In this document: positions 55,401-64,000 of the stretch, piece after piece
Layout: every line of letters starts with the position of its first letter
How positions within the stretch are numbered: position 1 is the first letter of the stretch
From: Rebecca billardiae RCC1528
Taxonomy: Eukaryota > Protista > Haptophyta
Direction: 5' to 3'
DNA length: 64,000 nucleotides
Assembly: GCA_965240325.2 (NCBI GenBank)
Contig: OZ251226.1
Span: 1,674,001 to 1,738,000, forward strand
Translations under genes and position numbers: made by a program
The notes under the pieces: model-generated
The model's input: only the letters and a program-made list of their open reading frames with translations
Database searches by the model: none
Told to the model about the DNA's origin: nothing

Positions 55401-58400
55401 GCGCCGCCGGCCTCGAGCGCACGCCCGCGCGCGCCCAGCCCGCCTCCACCGCCGCCATCAGCGCTCGCGCCGCTGCGACCGCCGGGCGCATTGGCAGCGC
55501 TGCGGTCGGCGGTGGCGCCTGCGCCGGCGGCGGTGGCTAGCGCGGCGCGCGCTGACGGCGGCGACGGTGGCGCCGGCGGCTGCTGCCTGCGCAAGCGCGC
55601 GAGCTCGGCGGCGAGGGCTTTGCGGCGCGCCTGCTCGGCAACAAGCGCGCGCCGCGCCCCCGCCAGCTGCCCCTCCGCCTCCTCCGCGCGCCCCCGCTCC
55701 GACGCCAGCGCCGCCGCCGCCTGTGCTGTTCCTTCCTCGCGCGCGCGCGCCGCCGCGCCGCGCGCGGCCGCGTCCGCGCCGCGCCGCGCCGCGTCGCGCT
55801 CGGCGGCGACGGCGGCGGTCGTGAGCCGCGCGGCGCGCAGCTCGTCCTCCGCCGCGCGCGCGCGTGCCTCCGCCTCGCCCGCGCGCCCGCGCTCGGCGGC
55901 CGCAGCGGCACTCGCGGCCGCCGTCGCGCCGGGCTCCGCGGCTGCGCGCGCGCCCTCGCGGCGGGCGCGCGCCGCGTCGCGCGTGGCGGCTTCGATGGCG
56001 TCCGCCGCCGTTTCGGCGAGCAGCGTGGCGCCCGTGAGCGCCTGCCAGCGCGTGAGCGCGCCGCGCAGCCGCCCGTCGTCGAGCTCTGCGCCGCGCAGCG
56101 CGTCACGCACCGCACGCACGCGCAGCGCCGTCCGCGCGCGCTGCGCGCGCGCCGCGGCCACGGCAGCTGTCACGGCAGTTGTCCACTGCCAGACCGCCGC
56201 GCGCAGGGCGGCGCGCGCGCGCGCGCGGCCGACGCGCAGCAGGGCGGCGGCTCCGAGTTGCGCGCGCGTCGGCATCGGCGGCGCGTACGTCTGCGCCGAC
56301 GCCTCGCGCGCCGCGGGCCGCCGCGCCGCCGCCGCCGCGAGCGCGCGCTCGGCCGCGCCGCGCCGGCGTGCCTCGGAGGTGGCGAGGGCGCGCGCCGCTG
56401 CCAGCTCTCGCGCCGCCGCGGGATCTGAGGCCGCGGCGGAGGGCGGCGGCGCGGCTGGCTCGGCGCGCGGCGAGACGGCGCGGCCGCGCCCCGCGCCGAC
56501 CTCCGCCGGCGGCGGCGGCGCCGCCGCCGCCTTCACGCTCGCCACCGCGCGCCGCTCCGCCGCCGCGCGCCGCTCGCGCTCGCTCGCCAGCGCACGCTCG
56601 GCGAGCGCGCGCGCGCGCGCGGCCTCCTCTGCCGCTGCAAGCGCTGTGTCTTGGGCGGCGCGCGCGGCGCGTAGCTCGGCGGAGAGACTGGCGGGCGGGC
56701 GCGCGGCGCGCGCGGAGGCGAGCGCGGCGCGCGCGTCCCGCGCGGCACGCTCGGCGCCGTCGAGCGCAGCGCGCGCGTCGAGCGCGCGCGCCGCGCCAGC
56801 CCAGCGCGCGAGCGCGCGCGCGCACGCCACCGCGCGCGCGTGCGTGCGCACACGCAGCAGCCTTGCGCTCGCAGTGAAGCGATGTTGCGCGCTCGCCGCC
56901 GCGCGCGCGAGCGCGGCGGCCTCGGCGGTGCTTGCCGCCACGCGCCAGCGCCATAGCGCACGAGACAGTGCGAACGCCCCGCCCGCGCCGCTCAGCGCTC
57001 GCGCGAGCGCTCCCGCGACCGCCGCGTCACGGCTGTCGGCGCGCGCGCTCGCCCGCGCTCGCTCGGCCGTCGGCGCGGCCGGCGCCGCGGCGCGCGCCAA
57101 CGCCCGCGCCTCGCGCGCCGCGCGCGCGGCGAAGCCCTCCGCCTCTGCGAGGTCTCGCGCGAGAGCGTGCACGCTCGCGGCGCGCTCGGCAGCCGCCTCG
57201 GTCGCGGCGCGATCCGCGGCGTCCACCGCGGCGCGCGCGATCGCCTCGGCCGCGCCCGCGTCGGCGCGCGCGCGCGCGACTTGCGCGGCCGCGCTCGCGC
57301 GCGCCGCACGCGCCGCGCCGGCGTGCCGCTCAGAAATGCGCTGCTCGGCCGCGAGCGCGAGGCTGAGCCGGTGGGACTCCGCCGACGCCGCGTCGGCCGC
57401 GTCGGCGGCCTGCTGGTGCGAGGCGCGCAGCTCGCGGTGCACCGCGGCGGGCACGCTCGTGCGCGACGTCGCGCGCGCGCACGCCGCTTCCGCCGCGTCC
57501 GCGCGCGCCACGGCCGCAGTCAGCAATTCGTGCGCGCCCGCGCCGCGCACCGCCGCGCGCCATTCGCCGAGCGCGGCGGCGGCGCGCGCGGCGGCGTGCG
57601 CGCGCGCGAGCGCGAGCAGCACGGCCGCGCCGCGCGCGCTCGCGCCGAGCGCGGCGGCGTCGGCCACGCTGGCCTCCGCGCGCGCCGTCTCGATGCGCTC
57701 CGCCGCGAGCCGCCACCTGACGAGCGCATGCTGTGCGCGCGAGCGCGCGCGCAGCCACACCGCGCGCCAGAGCGCGCCGCGCGCAGCAGCTTTGGCCGCT
57801 GCGGCCGCGGCGGCGTGCGCGGCGGCGTCGGGGCTGGCGGCCGGCGGCGTCTGCGTGGCGATGGAGAGCTCGCGCCGCACGCGCAGCCGCACCGGGCTCG
57901 TCGCGCGCGCGAGCGCCCCCGCGCCCGCCGCCTGCACGCCCACACTGCGCACCGCGTCCGCGCGTCCGCGCGCCGCCGCGTCCGCGGCGCCGGCCGCGTC
58001 CGCGGCGCGCCTCGCGTCAGCCGCGTCGCGCGCGCGCAGCTGGCCCTCGAGCTCGCGCGCGCGGCGCGCGCTCGCGTCGGCGCGCTCGGTGGCGGCGTTT
58101 GCCCGGCGCTCTGCCGCGGCCAGCCGCGTCTCCGTCGCCTCCGCCTTGCGCTCCGACGCGCTCGCCCGCTCCCGCGCCTCGTTGGCCGTCGCCTGTGTCG
58201 TGTTGGCGAGCGCGCCGCGCCGCGCCGCGAGGCGCGCGCCCATGTCGCTCAGCCGCGCGCGCTCGGCCTCGAGCTCGCGCTCGAGCGCGGCGCGCGCCTC
58301 GTCCGCCGCCGCGAGCGAGCGCCGCGTCTCCCCCCGCGCGCGCGCCTCCGCCTCCTCCGCCGCGCGCCTCGCCTCTGCCTCGACATCTGTGCGCGCGGCG

Positions 58401-58984
58401 CGCGCCGCCGCGGCGTCCGCGTCCGCTCGCGCGAGTGCGGCGTCGCGCTCGCGCGCGGCGGCGGCGGCGGCGACCTTTGCGCGGTCGCGCTCCATCGCAA
58501 GCTTGCGCCGCTCGCGCGCGTGCGCGTCCGCCGCCGCCTTCTCGCGCGCGCCATGCTCTTCCGCCGCGCGCGCGAGCGCGAGCGTCGCGGCCGCGCGCCC
58601 GTCGTCCAGCTGCGCGCGCGCCTCGCGCAGCGCCTCGCGCGCGGTGTCTCGCTCGGCCTCGCGCTCGGTGGCGACGAGCTCGAGCGTGGAGAGCTCCGAT
58701 TCGAGCCGCGCGCGCTCCTCCGCGTGCGCGGCCATCGTCGCGCGCTCGAGCTCGCGCAGCACGGGCGCGTCGCGCGCTCGCTCACTCTCCAGCTCGGCGT
58801 GCAGCGAGGCCACGCGCGCCTCGAGCTGCGAGACGCGCGCGGCGGAGCGCGCGGCGAGCGCGTCGAGACGCGAGTCGGCGCTCGCCTGGCGGCGGCGCTC
58901 GAGCGTCGCCGCGCGTGCCGCGGCCGAGCGCGCGTGGGGGTCGGCCTCCTCCGCCGCTTCGGGCGCCTCCCAGGCGGCCGCCAT
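52406..58984 (-). CDS. 2192-aa Ala/Arg-rich coiled-coil protein with Sfi1-like (LxxW) repeats
   Basis: Single ATG ORF with E/A/R heptads and at least 12 periodic ALxRW-type motifs. Confidence 0.7.
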   Translation of the reverse strand: MAAAWEAPEAAEEADPHARSAAARAATLERRRQASADSRLDALAARSAARVSQLEARVASLHAELESERARDAPVLRELERATMAAHAEERARLESELSTLELVATEREAERDTAREALREARAQLDDGRAAATLALARAAEEHGAREKAAADAHARERRKLAMERDRAKVAAAAAARERDAALARADADAAAARAARTDVEAEARRAAEEAEARARGETRRSLAAADEARAALERELEAERARLSDMGARLAARRGALANTTQATANEARERASASERKAEATETRLAAAERRANAATERADASARRARELEGQLRARDAADARRAADAAGAADAAARGRADAVRSVGVQAAGAGALARATSPVRLRVRRELSIATQTPPAASPDAAAHAAAAAAAKAAARGALWRAVWLRARSRAQHALVRWRLAAERIETARAEASVADAAALGASARGAAVLLALARAHAAARAAAALGEWRAAVRGAGAHELLTAAVARADAAEAACARATSRTSVPAAVHRELRASHQQAADAADAASAESHRLSLALAAEQRISERHAGAARAARASAAAQVARARADAGAAEAIARAAVDAADRAATEAAAERAASVHALARDLAEAEGFAARAAREARALARAAAPAAPTAERARASARADSRDAAVAGALARALSGAGGAFALSRALWRWRVAASTAEAAALARAAASAQHRFTASARLLRVRTHARAVACARALARWAGAARALDARAALDGAERAARDARAALASARAARPPASLSAELRAARAAQDTALAAAEEAARARALAERALASERERRAAAERRAVASVKAAAAPPPPAEVGAGRGRAVSPRAEPAAPPPSAAASDPAAARELAAARALATSEARRRGAAERALAAAAARRPAAREASAQTYAPPMPTRAQLGAAALLRVGRARARAALRAAVWQWTTAVTAAVAAARAQRARTALRVRAVRDALRGAELDDGRLRGALTRWQALTGATLLAETAADAIEAATRDAARARREGARAAAEPGATAAASAAAAAERGRAGEAEARARAAEDELRAARLTTAAVAAERDAARRGADAAARGAAARAREEGTAQAAAALASERGRAEEAEGQLAGARRALVAEQARRKALAAELARLRRQQPPAPPSPPSARAALATAAGAGATADRSAANAPGGRSGASADGGGGGGLGARGRALEAGGAARGATGLRRSRSAEPALRAAHRAPAPPDAAAAAAGAPRGEAARARDEHTRPTPVVSEAARWPHAHALAQRRQLRVAALRRWLAAHDELCAARALRGWAHAAAAVSALARRVAAGAAAVRRAAAGAARAQLGAALVRWHYAVLVRSALPAQLAAARLRAVAAGAHAAALGGALGAWRQAAAAMGSGETAARAAAASAELRRARVALGARPLALEAESRRALAEAEEARARAADAERHLTAERARTAAEAARREAASAHARSLTQQLSAARADAEGARQAAAAAVAEATAAHPPPPAPPPPPRPRTPRGAACALRVLRVREARAARRAAAARALLSWARAAAAIEAAGAARARRLGGVLARLDADRGPRAAAAHALRTWARAVDRAGRADAAAARARAVAERAATAVDVRVAVADARARGSHAAGAALIGGALERSAALSASRALLRWAAAAEAARAAEALAALAGTRSAAVARAASDAAAVRAARAAKAPAVISAAAASARAERDEAVRESADAARRVALLERSLDSERARRTALGRAAAKATADASAARAALAAAAAAADADAVARRGHDGGAEADGSEADSADGPLPRALLEAQLASLTEQLAEARADAQRHRSRAATHERAARAARAARADPSARAGHAAAEPPRSPGAADAGARVAEQHAALAARAHSEAAAARSQADRARALAAKADAARARTEREAAAAAAATARAREDAAAAAQRAVAAEAALASRERKSAALALSRELRAGAERRELEGELDRAEAEAAAARSELARARAPPHALADELEQLRAAQARTAAELARARAQLGAAQRALDAERGRRRAALGARAAAAAPPPPRPPASPPRAQSAPRSTLAPSSTPAARAGSPEGRRLRAASPSRAFFPPQPAAIPTPGLRPLPRPEEPPPPADDDEPRGQGGAWRRSSHHDRHWPPGPPSFDDSALVSSSSASADYEQSPPRARLSRAAARAAAQPPSWSVHPLAGRTGGPFRRVAWDAART

Positions 58985-59021
58985 GATTTCGAACTTGAAA
59001 AGCGCGCGCGAACTCTGAGAG

Positions 59022-59079
59022 GAGCTGTGTGCGTCTCTTATTCTTACAGTTTACTAAGAATAAGAGACGCACACAGCTC
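59022..59079. repeat. Perfect 25-bp inverted repeat with 8-nt loop
   Basis: GAGCTGTGTGCGTCTCTTATTCTTA-cagtttac-TAAGAATAAGAGACGCACACAGCTC. Confidence 0.95.
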
Positions 59080-59823
59080 AGGCAGGCGAGATTACAGTAG
59101 TGAATGGGTTCAAACCAGTTTCCAGGTCTCTCTTCGGAGAGCGTGCGATGAAGGATGGCGCGGCAACCTGCCACCGTGAGCCTTATGCACGTTAAAACAA
59201 ATAAACTGTATGGATCTGGCCTAGAAACTGAGCAGACGTACTAGCGACGATTGGCTGGTTCGCGCATAGTCACACTAAGAAACCGGGACTACGTCGCCCG
59301 CGGCCGATGAGTGGTCCGCCGAGGGCCCGAGGCGCAGTGCCCGTGGGACGCGGCGCGCGGCCCGACTACGACGGTACGGGCCAAGTCCCGACTGAGAGTC
59401 TCCTGATGACTGACTCCTGGCCAGTGCACCGCAGCATCCATGCAACATATAATGATGCCAGATTTGCTCCAAATAAATGGCCCACAATTTTCGTCGGCCT
59501 CGCCGGCCGGGCCTAAAGACTCAGCGGGGGGCTCTGCCCCCCTTCGCCCCCCGCCCCGCGCCTGCGCGGCGGGCGGACCTATAGCTAAGAAACTGAGACT
59601 CCGTAAGCGCTCGGGCTAATACTGTACGACCGAACGGCTCTCCGCTCTGATCAGAAACCGAGCCACAGTAGCCGTGAGATCTCTGACTTCTTATTGCCCG
59701 CGATTGCCTGTACCCCTACAGTATGAGTACAGTACAGTACGAGTATGGGGTCCGATACTACTACTATATGTACAGACGACTCACTGCCAGTGCGAGCAGA
59801 GACGCGCGAGCGAGCGACAGCGG

Positions 59824-61122
59824 CTACGAGGCGCCGGTGAACACCGGCCGCGCCTTGTACCGCTTGAAGTCGTGGTACAGCAGCCGGCCGTCGCTCGCGC
59901 TGTAGTGCAGCTTGTGGTAGCACACGTCGCAGAACGCGCTCGGGTTCTCGACGCCGAACCGGCCGAGATAACTCTCGCTGCCGACGGTGAGCACCTTGGC
60001 GGTGTGCTGCTTGCAGACGAAGCAGGTCTCCGGCCGGCCGCGCGCCTCGTACACCACGCGCGGGTACGCCCCCGCCGCCGACTCGTCGTCCGCCGCCCTC
60101 CGGCACAGCTCTGTAAACACCAGAACGTGCTCGCACGCGCCGCGGTGCCTGAAGAGACACTGCGCGCCCAGCTGGATCTCGAGCTCGGAGATGCGCGTCT
60201 CGCGCATCGGGCGGGGCGGCTGGCTCGCCGCGGGGTAGACGCCCTGCGTGTCCGTGCACGCGAGCCACGCCCTCAGCGGCGCGCTGTAGTCCACGGCCGC
60301 GGCGCGGCCGGCGCCGCCCTCGGCGCCGGCGCCGCTCGGCGCGCCGTCGTCGGTGAAGAAGCGACCGCCGATGAAGAAGACAGACGCCGCGCTCGGCGCG
60401 CACGTGCCCTCGGCGCGCTGCGCGGAGACCTCGGCGAAGAGGCTGTCGTTCTCGCACACCAGCGCGTCGCGCAGCTCGCCCAGCGTCTGCGAGCCCGTCA
60501 CCAGAACCTCGCGCAGCCGGATCGGCCGCCTCGAGCTGTAGAAGACAGCGCGCAGGATCGGCTCGTCGGCGCCGAGCTCGGCCGCGACGGCGCGCGGGTC
60601 AGCGGAGGCGGCGGGGGCGGGGTCGGCGGCCGAGCCGGCGGGCGCGGGGGTCTGCAGCGCGTCGGCGTTGCTCCCGCGCCGCTTGTGCTCGATCCGCTCG
60701 CGCATGGCGAGCTGCACGCACTGCAGGCCGCAGCCCTCGAGCGGAAGGCCGTGGTTGACCGGCAGGTCTTCCAGCATGGTGCTCGAGAGCTGGACGCCTG
60801 TGGACTCGAACTCGGTGACCTCGGGGAGCTCTGCGGGGTCCAGGCAGTAGTCCACGCACAGCGCAGCGGCCTCCTCCGCCACGCGTCGGCGCAGGACGTC
60901 CTGCGGCGCCTCGCACGCGAGGTCGTCGATCGACAGGTCCACCTCGACGCGGCGGAGCTGGCGGTGCTGCGCCGCGAGCTCGGGCTGGGCGCTGACGAGC
61001 GCGTCGGGGTGCGTCTCGCGCTCGCACCACGCCTGGAAGTCCGCGACGCGCACGGGCTCGCTCACGACGTGCTTGTCGTCGAGATTCGCCAGCGTGGGGA
61101 ACGCTGGCGCAGGGGTCGCCAT
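59824..61122 (-). CDS. SNAPC3: snRNA-activating protein complex subunit 3 (SNAP50)
   Basis: GSQTLGELRDALVC, FFIGGRFFTD, DYSAPL, LGAQCLFRHRGACEH, YP, CFVC, NPSAFCDVCYHKLHY. Confidence 0.9.
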   Translation of the reverse strand: MATPAPAFPTLANLDDKHVVSEPVRVADFQAWCERETHPDALVSAQPELAAQHRQLRRVEVDLSIDDLACEAPQDVLRRRVAEEAAALCVDYCLDPAELPEVTEFESTGVQLSSTMLEDLPVNHGLPLEGCGLQCVQLAMRERIEHKRRGSNADALQTPAPAGSAADPAPAASADPRAVAAELGADEPILRAVFYSSRRPIRLREVLVTGSQTLGELRDALVCENDSLFAEVSAQRAEGTCAPSAASVFFIGGRFFTDDGAPSGAGAEGGAGRAAAVDYSAPLRAWLACTDTQGVYPAASQPPRPMRETRISELEIQLGAQCLFRHRGACEHVLVFTELCRRAADDESAAGAYPRVVYEARGRPETCFVCKQHTAKVLTVGSESYLGRFGVENPSAFCDVCYHKLHYSASDGRLLYHDFKRYKARPVFTGAS

Positions 61123-61777
61123 GCTGATTGCTGAACGCGTGATCGGGCCGGCTCACCATTTGGGCTCACCAAGTGCTCACGGTCATGTGCATCCTCCTGC
61201 CACTGGTCAGGAGGCGGGCGTGAAGCGAGTGCGATGGCGGAGAGTACCAGCCAGTGGCCGGGGCTGCCACCGACACGGCCGGGCCGGCGTTGCCGGCCGG
61301 TCCTTGCTCGGGCCTCGGGAGCGTGCAGCAAATCCTGAGCAAACCACTCATCAGCGCCCCCGACATCCCGACCGACCGACCGTCGACGGCGCTCGCGCTC
61401 ACGCTGCTGGCCGCGCCGCCCCGCGGGCCCGAGGCCTCCGCGGGGCCGCGGGCGCCTACTGGCCAGTTTCTGACCCGTGCGGGCCTGCTTGGTGGACTGC
61501 TGTCTGCTGCTCACCCAACTGTGAGACTACTGTACGTTGGTTTATTCTACGAATGAAAGACATCGCATCAACTGAAACAAACTTGATACTGCCGGGAGTT
61601 CGGTTCGGTGATTCGGAGCGCGTGTCGCGCCGATTCACACCGCAACGTGAGCCGCGTTGCCACGGTCCACGGCCTGGCAGCACCGGCGTGGCACCGACGC
61701 TTCCTCGATGATGCGACGGCACGGGCGAGCCCCGGTGACGCCGCCTGAGCCCAGCCCGAGCCATGCGCTGGTGCAGT

Positions 61778-62818
61778 CTAGGAAGTCGGCACAGCATACG
61801 GCACGCCGCCATCGCACGAATCGTAGCCACCCAACAGGTGCGGCAAGATCGGCCCGTTGCCTGCTGCCGCGAGCAGGGCTTCGACGTCCTCGCCGAGCTC
61901 AGCGTCGTCGACTTCGCGGTCCTCGGCGCTGCGGATGAGCTGGACGCGCGGGCTTGCCTTCAGCTGCTTCACCGTTGCCCGGGACAACGACGTCGCCAAC
62001 GACGCGTTCACGCGGCACCTGGGCAGATGATCCGGGTGGGCGGTCGGCGCGAGAAAGCTGGCAGTGCCGAGTGCCCGCTGCCTCAGCCCGCTGAAAGCCA
62101 TCATTTCGAGGTGGCGGAGGTGCTCGCCGAGGAGCTCTTCGAAGATGTACGGCTCCAATTCGCGCAGCGTCTCGTGCGGCTCGACCCAGCGTAGCCGGCG
62201 CGCCTCGGCCGTCCCCTTGAAGCCCAGGCGCCACGCCCTCTCCTTCCACGTGCTCACGGCGCTTGCCTCCGCCCGCGCGGCGCGCAGGCTCCGAACGAGC
62301 GCCTCGACTTGCGCGTAGTTGAGCTCGGGCCGGTGGTCGACACGCAGCTCCTGCAGGTCGTACGCAGCCTGCACGTTGAGGCTGGCGAGGACGGGCGCGT
62401 GCAGCAGGTGCAGATGCGTCAGCCCCTCCGCGCGGTGCAGCACGAGGGAGCGCAGCCGCGGCGCGAGCACGTAGTTGTCCGCGCCCAGCCCGCGCAGCTT
62501 GTACGAGCTCACCTCCTCCAGCTTGGGGCACGCGGAGATGCTGAGCCCAAAGTCGCCCGCGCACTCCGGGCTGAGGCGCAGGTCCTCCGCCTGCAGCCGG
62601 CGCAGCTCAGGCAGCGCGAGCCGAAAGACATCGACGAAGCACGAGATGTCCTCCACGGCCAGAGAATGGAGCGCCGGGCACGTTGCCTCGGTCAGGTGCA
62701 GCTTGGCGAGTGGCACGCGGCGGAAGCTGAGCTCGAGTAGCGCGCAGAAACTCACGCGGCCCATCGCGCCGAGGCGCGCGTAGCTCGTCGTCAGCACTTC
62801 CCGGGTGGTCGGCAACAC
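61778..62818 (-). CDS. Leucine-rich-repeat-like protein, 5' end uncertain
   Basis: Repeating CPALHSLAV, LPELRRLQA, CPKLEEV, APRLRSLVL, APVLASLNV; frame stays open upstream to ~63040; first ATG at 62764. Confidence 0.6.
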   Translation of the reverse strand: MLPTTREVLTTSYARLGAMGRVSFCALLELSFRRVPLAKLHLTEATCPALHSLAVEDISCFVDVFRLALPELRRLQAEDLRLSPECAGDFGLSISACPKLEEVSSYKLRGLGADNYVLAPRLRSLVLHRAEGLTHLHLLHAPVLASLNVQAAYDLQELRVDHRPELNYAQVEALVRSLRAARAEASAVSTWKERAWRLGFKGTAEARRLRWVEPHETLRELEPYIFEELLGEHLRHLEMMAFSGLRQRALGTASFLAPTAHPDHLPRCRVNASLATSLSRATVKQLKASPRVQLIRSAEDREVDDAELGEDVEALLAAAGNGPILPHLLGGYDSCDGGVPYAVPTS

Positions 62819-63104
62819 GACACCTTGCGGCGCGAATTCGAGCTCACGCTCCGGGATCTCTGCGGTCTCGCTGATGGTCAGGCGCCGGAGCCGCTTGAAC
62901 GACGCGGAGATGCTCGCTAGCTCGAGGGGCGTGGGTGTCTCGCTGAGCGACAGAGACGAGATGCCGGCGTCGCTACTTTCCCACGTGCGCGACGATGCCG
63001 CGAACGCGATCTCGCGCCCGCCGGCCGGGGCCGCCGCGCGTCACACGCACCTGTTGCTGGCAGTACTGTGTTGCTGGTCAGCAGAGCGGACAAGCACAGT
63101 CACG

Positions 63105-64000
63105 ATGGCGGCGCCGTCTCGTACGGCGGCAGCTGCGGATGTGGCGGCGGTCGACGAGGTGTACCGCAAGCACTGGCGGCCGGGCCTTCACAATCTCGCC
63201 CCTGGCCTGCCATACTGGGGCCCGCCCGCCGCATCCATCGGTGCGCTCTCCCGCGCAGACCTGGCGGCCCGTGCTTTGCACGAGTACGGCGACGTCCACG
63301 GCGCTCCGGGCCTGGTGGGCGCGATCGAGCGCAAGCTGCGCGCGGAGAACGGCCTCGATCTCACGGGTAGGCGAGTGATGGTGACGGCCGGCGCCAACCA
63401 GGCGTACGTGAACGCGCTCATGGCGACGTGCTCCCCGGGCGATGCTGTGCTCATCTTTGCACCCTTCTACTTCACGCACCGGGTCGCTGCGCAGCTGCTC
63501 GACATCGAGCCGATCGTCGAGCTCACCGACCCCGCGACGCTTTTGCCCGCGCCTGGGGCGATCACGCGCGCAGCGCAGCAGAACGGTTCGAGGTTGAAGG
63601 CCGTCGTGCTCGCGAGCCCGGGCAATCCGAGCGGCGCGGTCATCCCGGAGTCGGCGATGCGGCTGCTGGTCGAGGAGGCCGAGAGCGCGGCGCTGTGGCT
63701 GATCTCAGACGAGGCGTATGAGCACTTCGTGTTCGACGGCGCGGCGCACTGGTCGCCGCGGGGCGATCACGTCATCAACATCTTCACCATGAGCAAGAGC
63801 TACGGGATGGCAGGCTGGCGCGTGGGGTACATGTGCTATCCTGACGCGCTCGATGCTGCACTGGTCAAGGTGCAGGACACGATCCCAACGCACGCCGCCG
63901 CCTGCAGCCAGCTGCTCGCGGAGGCCGCGCTCGACGGGGCGGGATCGGCATGGGTGCGCGCGCAGGTGGCTACGCTCGAGCCCGTGCGAGCGCACATGCG
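63105..64000 (+). CDS. Class I PLP-dependent aminotransferase (ISS1/VAS1-like), 3'-partial; absent from the ORF track because it runs off the window
   Basis: Own translation from ATG 63105: LAPGLPYWGPP, YGDVHG, KLRAENGL, VMVTAGANQAY, APFYFTH, SPGNPSG, LISDEAYEHF, SKSYGMAGWRVGY (PLP lysine), KVQDTIP. Confidence 0.92.
   Translation, partial: MAAPSRTAAAADVAAVDEVYRKHWRPGLHNLAPGLPYWGPPAASIGALSRADLAARALHEYGDVHGAPGLVGAIERKLRAENGLDLTGRRVMVTAGANQAYVNALMATCSPGDAVLIFAPFYFTHRVAAQLLDIEPIVELTDPATLLPAPGAITRAAQQNGSRLKAVVLASPGNPSGAVIPESAMRLLVEEAESAALWLISDEAYEHFVFDGAAHWSPRGDHVINIFTMSKSYGMAGWRVGYMCYPDALDAALVKVQDTIPTHAAACSQLLAEAALDGAGSAWVRAQVATLEPVRAHM

Overview
Very GC-rich eukaryotic nuclear DNA with short GC-rich GT-AG introns. 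It is probably from a flagellated alga; a Pavlovales haptophyte such as Diacronema is my inference from composition and gene content. Left arm (1-31 kb): DUF2358-like 3' end, a PHT1/Pho84-type phosphate transporter fused to a CRAL-TRIO/Sec14 domain, F-box/WD40, CDC123, WDR35/IFT121, UNC-50, a ~3490-codon gene fusing a KRE6/SKN1-type GH16 domain to a GT48 1,3-beta-glucan synthase, and a BTB-BACK-WD40 protein. A mobile-DNA island spans ~31-49 kb. It holds three copies of an apparent non-autonomous DNA element with two different ends, each carrying different degenerate gene-like cargo (Pack-PIF/Harbinger-like; two copies have TAA/TTA target duplications). It also holds an intact young Copia LTR retrotransposon inserted in a (TA)n tract, whose polyprotein has a predicted transmembrane helix, an intronless GT92-like gene, and a frameshifted 2.35-kb copy of the 3' part of a neighbouring gene. 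Right arm: mitochondrial-type FIST + LON-N protein, a 2192-aa Sfi1-like repeat/coiled-coil protein with a perfect 25-bp hairpin just upstream, SNAPC3, an LRR-like protein and a class I aminotransferase running off the window. Gene models and family calls come from reading motifs by eye; no searches were run.
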